A DNA stretch of 25,597 nt from Chthonomonadales bacterium (lineage in GTDB: Bacteria; Armatimonadota; Chthonomonadetes; Chthonomonadales; Chthonomonadaceae). The notes below the pieces were generated by a model, which saw only the letters and a list, made by a program, of their open reading frames with translations, searched no databases and was not told the DNA's origin. Of the stretch, positions 1 to 6,251 are shown in pieces. Both the position numbers and the translations under genes were made by a program. The stretch lies in contig JBBQPO010000055.1 of the NCBI GenBank assembly GCA_038217285.1, positions 1-25,597 of the forward strand, in the 5' to 3' direction. Numbering within the stretch: the stretch's first letter is position 1; each line of letters begins with the position of its first letter.

Positions 1-53
1 CCAAAGCAGGCATAGGTCTTGCGCCGGAAGTCGGCAAGTGTGCTAAAATCCAT
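1..53 (-). CDS. Putative transposase, N-terminal fragment (continues beyond the window)
   Basis: SD AAGGAAGG (68-61), then ATG at 53, reading MDFSTLADFRRKTYACF. This resembles, from recall, the MxFxTLxxFRxxxYxCF N-terminus of DDE_5/IS701-like transposases. Only 17 codons are visible, and the ORF is too short for the ORF track. Confidence 0.6.
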   Translation of the reverse strand, partial: MDFSTLADFRRKTYACF

Positions 54-140
54 GTGGGCACCTTCCTTTCTTGTTAACTGAAAGGTACCCAATGGGGCAG
101 CCAAAGTTTATCTTCGGCTGCTCTGTAGTCTAAACGTCAA
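1..140 (-). mobile_element. Probable end of an insertion sequence (IS701/DDE_5-like), running off the window start
   Basis: A transposase-like ORF starts at 53 on the minus strand behind a structured leader. The candidate terminal repeat is TTGACGTTTAGACTAC (minus strand, 140-125). The other end is outside the window, so the boundary is inferred. Confidence 0.55.
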
Positions 141-169
141 CCTGGAAGAGACTCCCCGAATATAGAAGC

Positions 170-199
170 GTAGGAGAGACGCCTCCGGCCGGAGAATAA
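170..199 (+). promoter_or_regulatory. Candidate sigmaH-like promoter (AGGA-N18-GAAT) for the cyclase gene
   Basis: AGGA at 172-175 and GAAT at 194-197, about 40 nt upstream of ATG 238. Confidence 0.35.
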
Positions 200-237
200 G
201 AGCCTGTTGTTTCGAGCGCCAACGCAGGGAGCGAAGA

Positions 238-2085
238 ATGCCGAACTTGCCTGGTGGAACCGTCACCTTTCTCTTTACCGACATCGAGGGTTCGACACGC
301 CTCTGGGAGGAGAAGCCGGAGGCCATGCGCGTGGCGCTTGCCCGCCACGATGTGCTCCTGCGTGCTGCGATAGAAGCCAACAGCGGGATCGTCTTCAAGA
401 CGATGGGAGATGCGTTCTGCGCGGCTTTCGCCACGGCGCCCGAGGCGCTCTCCTCTGCGCTCGTTCTCCAGCACGCGCTGCAGGCCGAAGTTTGGCCGGA
501 CCCGATACGCTTGCGCGTCCGCACGGCCCTGCATACCGGCGCGGTGGAAAGCCGAGATAACGACTATTTCGGCCAGCCTCTCAACCGCGTGGCGCGTCTG
601 CTCGCCGCCGGTTATGGCGGGCAGATCCTGCTCTCGGATGTCGCGCAGGAGCTGACGCGAGATCATCTGCCGCCTGTGGTTTCGCTGAAACCTCTCGGCG
701 AACATCGCCTCCGCGACCTGTCGCGACCGGAGACGGTCTTCCAGCTTCTGCATCCCGACCTGCCCGCCGAATTTCCCCCGCTCCGGTCGCTCGACAACGC
801 CGACCTGCCCAACAACCTCCCGCAACAACTGACATCCTTCATTGGCCGGGAAAAGGAGAGCGACGAGGTTCGGGCTTTGCTGCGGAAAACACGCCTGCTT
901 ACCCTGACGGGCAGCGGTGGGAGCGGCAAAACACGCCTCTCCCTCCAGGTCGCGGCAGATGTGCTGGAGGACTATCCGGACGGCGTCTGGCTGATCGAAC
1001 TGGCCGCTCTCACCGACCCCACGTTCGTGACGCAGGCGGTCGCGCAGACGCTGGGGCTGCGCGAAGAGACGGGCAAGCCGCTCCTTCAGACCCTGACGGA
1101 GCATCTCAAGCCGAAGCGAACGCTGCTGGTACTCGACAACTGCGAACATCTGCTGAGCGCCATCACCCGGCTCGCCGACGGGCTCCTGCGCGCCTGCCCC
1201 GGCGTCAAGATCCTCGCCAACAGCCGCGAAGGCATGGGAACGGCGGGCGAGGTCGTCTACCGCGTTCCCTCGCTCTCGCTGCCGGATCCCAAAAAGCCGC
1301 AGACCGTGGTGAGCGTCTCACAGTACGAGTCGGTGCGCCTCTTCGTCGAGCGGGCGGCGGCGGTTCTGCCCACCTTCACCGTCACGAACGCCAATGCGCC
1401 CGCGCTTGCGTCCGTCTGTCATCGCCTCGACGGCATTCCCCTTGCCATCGAGCTTGCCGCTGCCCGCGTGCGCGTCCTCTCCCTCGAACAGATCGCCGCC
1501 CGCCTGGACGACCGGTTCCGCTTCCTCACCGGGGGCAGCCGCAGCGCCCTGCCCCGCCAGCAGACGCTGCGCGCCCTCATCGACTGGAGCTTCGATCTGC
1601 TGACTCTGCCGGAACAGACGATGCTGGCACGGTTAGCCGTTTTTGCCGGCGGATGGACCCTGGAAGCGGCAGAAGCAGTGACGGCCGGCGACGGCATCGA
1701 GGAGTGGGAGGTGCTGGACCTGCTGGCCGCCCGCCTGTCTCACCTCTTGCTCTCTCCGGCCTCGGCACAACTGATCGGAAAGAAGCGGTTAGTCCTCTGT
1801 CCCGACGGTCCCCTATGGAACGTACCGTTTCAAGCGCTGACCTTGCCTTCCGTTGGCCGAGAACGCGCAGTTGATGCGGTCCTTCTACACGCATCTCAAA
1901 GCAGGGGAGGGGAAGAGTCAGTCTCTTCGGGCGGCGGCGCTAAGTTTGCAGAAGGAGAAGGGGCATCAGCATCCCTACTTCTGGGCTCCCTTCCTCCTCA
2001 TGGGAGACTGGAGACGCTGAACGGCACGACACAGTTTTGGGACTCGCTGCGAACGTGCCGAATAGCGAAGAGACAGAATGCCTGA
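238..2085 (+). pseudogene. Class III adenylate/guanylate cyclase fused to a STAND (NB-ARC-like) ATPase; C-terminally truncated and chimeric
   Basis: Cyclase motifs FTDIEGST, FKTMGDAF, ALHTG and DYFGQPLNRVARL. Walker A GSGGSGKT (910-933), Walker B LLVLDNCEH, and LDGIPLAIEL followed by a winged helix. After EVLDLL (1725) the expected SLVDKSL and TPR region is absent and CHAT-like sequence follows. Confidence 0.85.
1726..2020 (+). pseudogene. CHAT (caspase-like) domain remnant in two pieces, with the catalytic middle missing
   Basis: In frame, 1726-~1850 reads AARLSHLLLSP...KKRLVLCPDGPLWNVPFQAL. In the +1 frame, 1862-2020 reads NAQLMRSFYTHLKAGEGKSQSLRAAALSLQKEKGHQHPYFWAPFLLMGDWRR*. These match the typical CHAT N- and C-terminal signatures. 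Confidence 0.85.
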
Positions 2086-2112
2086 ACGAACAACCATACC
2101 TGTCTTTCTCAC

Positions 2113-2145
2113 TTGACGATGTGGCTATGTTATACTATAGCAACA
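2113..2145 (+). promoter_or_regulatory. TA promoter with an overlapping inverted repeat (candidate operator)
   Basis: TTGACG at 2113-2118 and extended -10 TGTTATACT at 2128-2136. Inverted repeat TGTGGCTATG (2120-2129) / TATAGCAACA (2136-2145), 8 of 10 positions paired. Confidence 0.5.
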
Positions 2146-2192
2146 CTATTGAAGGACCCCTGTGGGTCGAGATGAAACAGGGAGTTGTACGC

Positions 2193-2459
2193 ATGGCACA
2201 GGCAAGAATCTTTGAAGGGACCTGGGAGGAACTGATGGTACGTGCGGACGAGTTCCGAAAGGTTCCAAAGCTGACACTCATCGTTCCTGAAGCCGGTGCG
2301 CCGGTCACGAGTCGCTACCGGGCCGACTTGACCCCGGAGGATCGGATACGGATGCTCGATGCCCTCGCCGAGCGGAACCGACACATTCCGGCTCTGCCAG
2401 CGGAGGCGTTCGACCGCGAGAGCCTCTATGCCGAGGAGGAGGAGTCGGGCTCACACTGA
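2193..2459 (+). CDS. Putative antitoxin of the PIN toxin (88 aa)
   Basis: GGAG SD before ATG 2193; TGATG overlap with the PIN gene; acidic C-terminus with LPAEAFDRESLY, resembling the LSDEAxSRESIY tails of PIN-associated antitoxins. Confidence 0.8.
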   Translation: MAQARIFEGTWEELMVRADEFRKVPKLTLIVPEAGAPVTSRYRADLTPEDRIRMLDALAERNRHIPALPAEAFDRESLYAEEEESGSH

Positions 2460-2896
2460 TGGTCTACCTTGCCGACACCAACGTTGCCGCCCGAAGGGTT
2501 CTCACGGCGGACCCGGCGCACGCAGAGATAAAGCGCGCCGTGGATGCCCTGCTCCTTCGCGGCGAAACAGTCGCCATCACGGCACAGAACATCGTCGAAT
2601 TTCAGGCGCTCGCGACCCGACCGCTCGAAGCCAACGGACTCGGATTGACCACCGCCGAAGCCAATGACGAGGCGTGGGACATGGAGACCATCTTCCCCCT
2701 CCTCGAAGAGATCCCTGCGGTCTATACCCACTGGCGTGCGCTGATGGAACGCTACGACGTGCGAGGTCGTCAAGTCTACGATGCCAGACTGGTGGCCGTC
2801 ATGCTCGCCCATGGCGTCACCCATATTCTGACCACCAACGCCAGCCACTTCCGGTGCTTCCTCGAAATCGCGGTCGTGGAACCAAAGGACCTGTAA
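2459..2896 (+). CDS. vapC: PIN-domain ribonuclease toxin (VapC family)
   Basis: Motifs YLADTNV, QNIVEF, GRQVYDARLVA and ILTTN; 145 aa; translationally coupled to the upstream small gene. Confidence 0.9.
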   Translation: MVYLADTNVAARRVLTADPAHAEIKRAVDALLLRGETVAITAQNIVEFQALATRPLEANGLGLTTAEANDEAWDMETIFPLLEEIPAVYTHWRALMERYDVRGRQVYDARLVAVMLAHGVTHILTTNASHFRCFLEIAVVEPKDL

Positions 2897-3323
2897 AAAC
2901 GACCCGCTTTGCCTTTCAGTACGCCGGAGCAGATGAGCAAGGCAGAACGATGTGCCCGGAACAAACGCTCCCCGACTCCCTGCGCGCCCTGCAAGAGGCC
3001 CAGGGCTAACAAAACAGTCATACCTTTGTTGTGACGGCTTTCACGCTCACGCCCCAAATTTCAAGGTATCCTATTCTATTACCACACGGGAACCGGCCAC
3101 CGGTCTATCAGCCGCCGGTCGATCTTCTCACACATTGCCTGTTTACCACCCCATTTGCAGTAGGGGCTTCTACTTGACGCTGCGCGGATCGTGTCCGCTT
3201 GCCTATTATAAGAACTGTGCGGATGGTGGCGCGTCGGTAACAGTACGGTTTCCTGTCACCAAAGACTGAGCGACCAGGAATTCTGTAATGGCTTGAGGTA
3301 GTGCTTTTTATGTCACCTTCGGG

Positions 3324-3671
3324 TCACAGATTCCTCACAAAGCGATTGTCATCATCGACCAGAATGCTCATCGGGACAATGGGTTCGTCGGTGAGGGCGA
3401 AGGCCGCGATGATGATTTTGTGCCCGACCGCGACCCGATGGGCGGCGGCGCCGTTCAAGACGATACAGCCGGAGTGCGGCTCCCCGCGCAGCACATAGGT
3501 CTCGAATCGCTCGCCGTTGCCGAGGTTCCACACATGCACCAGTTCCCCCTCGATCAGGCCGCTGCGTTCGATGAGATCGGCGTCGATGGTGATGCTGCCG
3601 ATATAGTCGACATTGGCATCGGTGACGGTGGCACGATGTATTTTGCTCTTGAGCACGTTGATAAGGCGCAT
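3324..3671 (-). CDS. panD: Aspartate 1-decarboxylase
   Basis: KSKIHRATVT, YIGSITID (Gly-Ser self-cleavage site), NGERFETY and LNGAAA. Confidence 0.97.
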   Translation of the reverse strand: MRLINVLKSKIHRATVTDANVDYIGSITIDADLIERSGLIEGELVHVWNLGNGERFETYVLRGEPHSGCIVLNGAAAHRVAVGHKIIIAAFALTDEPIVPMSILVDDDNRFVRNL

Positions 3672-3747
3672 CTGTTTCTTTTCACTTTCAGGTTGTTTTT
3701 CACTACACCAGATGCTCCGTCGAAGACAGACAGGAATCTCTCGGCGT

Positions 3748-4485
3748 TCAGTCGCCCACGATGGGCTCTTCTATTTTACCTTCCCCGGCGAGGGCATGGT
3801 AGGCCACCCCTGCCAGCGCCGCTCCTACGATGGGGGCCAGCCAGAAGAGCCAGAGTTGAGACAGCGCCCACCCCCCGACGAAGACGGCCGGGCCTGTGCT
3901 GCGCGCCGGGTTGACCGAAAGGTTCGTGACGGGGATTCCGATAAGGTGGATAAGCGTGAGGCCGAAGCCGATGGCGATCGGCGCGAAGCCTTTGGGAGCG
4001 CGCCCATCGGTAGAGCCCAGGATAATAAGGAGGAACATGAAGGTCAGCACGATTTCCGCAATAAGCGCTGCCGCCAGGGAGTAGTGGCCGGGCGAGTGGT
4101 CGCCATAGCCGTTCGAAGCAAACCCGTCCGAGAGCGCGAATCCGGACTTTCCGCTGGCAATGAGATAGAGCGCACCCGCTCCGGCGATACCGCCGAGAAC
4201 CTGGGCGACGATGTAGGGAAGCAGGTCGGAAGCCGGGAAGCGCCGTCCGGCCCAGAGGCCGATGGAAACCGCCGGGTTCAGGTGGCAGCCCGAGATATGC
4301 CCGATGGCGTAGGCCATCGTGAGCACCGTCAGGCCAAAAGCCAGGGAGACTCCCACGAAACCGATCCCCAGATTTCCCACCCCTTCTTTGGTAAAAGCGG
4401 CGGCGAGCACGGCGCTGCCACAGCCTCCAAAAACCAGCCAGAAGGTGCCGATAAACTCGGCCGTCGCTCGTTTTCGAATGTGCAT
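3748..4485 (-). CDS. aqpZ: Aquaporin Z
   Basis: [17 protein letters not shown] and two NPA motifs (HLNPAVS, SVNPARS). Start reassigned to ATG 4485 behind SD GGGAG, giving 245 aa. Confidence 0.96.
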   Translation of the reverse strand: MHIRKRATAEFIGTFWLVFGGCGSAVLAAAFTKEGVGNLGIGFVGVSLAFGLTVLTMAYAIGHISGCHLNPAVSIGLWAGRRFPASDLLPYIVAQVLGGIAGAGALYLIASGKSGFALSDGFASNGYGDHSPGHYSLAAALIAEIVLTFMFLLIILGSTDGRAPKGFAPIAIGFGLTLIHLIGIPVTNLSVNPARSTGPAVFVGGWALSQLWLFWLAPIVGAALAGVAYHALAGEGKIEEPIVGD

Positions 4486-4587
4486 CTTTTTCTCCCTGCG
4501 TCCCTGCCACATCGCTGCGCTGTCCAGGTGGCCTGCAACCAGCGCTGAGTTCGGTCTTCCCTGTCGCTTCGGTCGCAACAGTGCGTT

Positions 4588-4615
4588 TTTCGGCAAGCCA
4601 GGCCGGCAATCCTCC
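4588..4615 (-). promoter_or_regulatory. Candidate sigmaH-like promoter for aqpZ (AGGA-N18-GAAA)
   Basis: The minus strand reads GGAGGATTGCCGGCCTGGCTTGCCGAAA. Confidence 0.3.
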
Positions 4616-4662
4616 CGCCTCCGCCTGCCAACGGCTTTTCGGCCCCTGAATTCGGCCCAGAC

Positions 4663-4690
4663 GCAGGAGTTTCCAGAGGAGTGGCGAATA
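4663..4690 (+). promoter_or_regulatory. Candidate sigmaH-like promoter for the MFS gene (AGGA-N17-GAAT)
   Basis: GCAGGAGTT...GGCGAATA resembles the Bacillus sigmaH consensus RnAGGAwWW-N11/12-RnnGAAT. Confidence 0.4.
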
Positions 4691-4785
4691 CGGAGACAGC
4701 GTGCGCCTGTCACAGGAGCCTCAGGCGGACGTACAACTTAGGAACGATTTATCGACCCCCGCTTCGGCGAGAAAAGAGGCAGGCA

Positions 4786-6186
4786 TTGACAAATGAGGGT
4801 CCGGCTGTTTCCGTAGATCTGTCGCGTAAGTCGGCGCGCTCTTCGCTGATTCAGGTCGCGGCGCTGATCGGTGCGAGCGCCATTATCGGCACGCTGGTCG
4901 GCGCGGTGAGCGGCGAAAAGCTGACGTTCCTCTATAAAGAGCAGCTTCATCTGAGCGTCAGCACTGTCAGCACCATCGGCATCATTGTCGGAATTCCCGC
5001 CTATCTGCAGTCCTTTATGGGCACGGCCTCCGAACTGTTTCCCCTGTGGGGCTATCACCGCCGCACCTACTTTATCCTCGGAACCCTCGTCGCTGCCCTC
5101 GGATTTTTTGGTCTGGGCCTGCTGCACGACTATCGGATCGCCACGCTGGTCTGCCTGGTGATGATCGTCGCCGCTGGCGGCACACTGGCCGGTGTGGTGA
5201 CGAACGCGGTCATGGTCGCCATTGGCAACCGCACCGGAACGTTTCCGCGCCTCCAGGCGCTGATCACTTTCCTCCCGTTGGTACTGGGCATCTTGCCCTA
5301 CTGGAATACCAACGACTTCGGCGGCTATGTCACCGAGCACTGGACCAACCACCGCGCTTTTTTTACCGCCGCCGCACTGACTCTGCTCTACCTGCCGTTT
5401 GTCTTTCTCATGGAAGACTCTCGGGTAAGCGCCTTCCGAAGAGCGCAAGAGACAGAGGAGGAGCATGCCGCACGCCATAGAGCGCGCCAGGACGAACGCG
5501 AGCGAACGAAGAAGGCGTTACGGATCGCCGCCCGAACCCCTGGCCTGTGGGCCATTGCCGCCTATCTGTTCTATCTGAATGTCACACCACTCCTGTTGAA
5601 CGCCTCGACCTACTATATGAACGATGTGCTTCATCTCTCCAAACAGTTTATCGGAAGCGTGGAGACGTGGAGCAACTGGGGAGCGCTGGTCGCGCTGGGG
5701 ATCTATGCCCTGGCCGGAAAACGCCTGACGCCTCCCATGCTGGTCTGGGGGGCGCTGATCACGGACTGTGCTATCTACCTCGTGGCGATGGGAATGCACG
5801 ATGCGCCTTCTGCCAGACTGGTAAAAGCCGCCTGGGCCTTCTTCGCCGTGGCGCTCGCACTTTGTGTCAACACCCTGGCTGCCCGCGCCTGCCCACCCGA
5901 TATCGAAGCCACGGTCTTTGGCGTTATGCAGGCGGTTATGACGTTAAGCCTCTCCCTCTGCGATAAGTTCGGCAGCGCTCTCTACGACTTTTTCGGTCCT
6001 TCGAACAAGGCCCATCACTATACGGCCGCCCACGGCTGGTTCAGTGCGCTCTGGTTCGGATTCGGGTTCACTCTGCTCGGAATCTTCTTCATTCCCTTCC
6101 TGCCCACCTGGGCCAAACACAACCGGCCTCCCGGCGAAAACGTCGAGAGGCCGGAAGAGCGGCCGGAAGAGCGGCCGAACACGTAA
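4786..6186 (+). CDS. MFS transporter, BT1 (folate/biopterin)-like
   Basis: About 12 hydrophobic segments, with PLWGYHRRTY and ACPPDIEATVFG motifs typical of the BT1 family. The likely start is TTG 4786 behind AAGAGG; the ORF is open from 4681. Confidence 0.8.
   Translation: MTNEGPAVSVDLSRKSARSSLIQVAALIGASAIIGTLVGAVSGEKLTFLYKEQLHLSVSTVSTIGIIVGIPAYLQSFMGTASELFPLWGYHRRTYFILGTLVAALGFFGLGLLHDYRIATLVCLVMIVAAGGTLAGVVTNAVMVAIGNRTGTFPRLQALITFLPLVLGILPYWNTNDFGGYVTEHWTNHRAFFTAAALTLLYLPFVFLMEDSRVSAFRRAQETEEEHAARHRARQDERERTKKALRIAARTPGLWAIAAYLFYLNVTPLLLNASTYYMNDVLHLSKQFIGSVETWSNWGALVALGIYALAGKRLTPPMLVWGALITDCAIYLVAMGMHDAPSARLVKAAWAFFAVALALCVNTLAARACPPDIEATVFGVMQAVMTLSLSLCDKFGSALYDFFGPSNKAHHYTAAHGWFSALWFGFGFTLLGIFFIPFLPTWAKHNRPPGENVERPEERPEERPNT
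6145..6177 (+). repeat. 12-bp tandem repeat, about 2.75 copies, encoding ERPE-ERPE-ERP
   Basis: GAGAGGCCGGAA GAGCGGCCGGAA GAGCGGCCG. Confidence 0.9.
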
Positions 6187-6251
6187 GGGGGCGCCGTTCC
6201 GGTTCGCAGGCGCCCGAACCCTTCTTGCGTCCGTCGGGGAGGCAACAGCCG

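Noticed and set aside
146..205. GACGCCTCCGGCC resembling part of a c-di-GMP-I riboswitch
   Set aside because: The GCAAA/GAAA tetraloop-receptor elements and the P1 stem are missing.
1850..1870. Programmed +1 frameshift producing a full cyclase-STAND-CHAT protein
   Set aside because: There is no slippery site, and the product would still lack the catalytic His and Cys.
2113..2128. TTGACG...GCTA as a second IS terminal repeat
   Set aside because: Similarity to 125-140 is largely limited to the hexamer, which is better explained as a promoter element.
2037..2192. N-terminal extension of the antitoxin in the ORF track
   Set aside because: It spans the promoter/operator; the SD supports ATG 2193.
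3915..3940. Aqp[11 protein letters not shown] versus E. coli VTNTSVNPAR as a sign of changed selectivity
   Set aside because: That position contributes mainly a backbone carbonyl, and the filter Phe, His and Arg are retained.
4486..4785. Long N-terminal extensions of AqpZ and the MFS protein
   Set aside because: The extensions would overlap head-to-head and look non-coding; better starts with SD sequences exist at 4485 and 4786.
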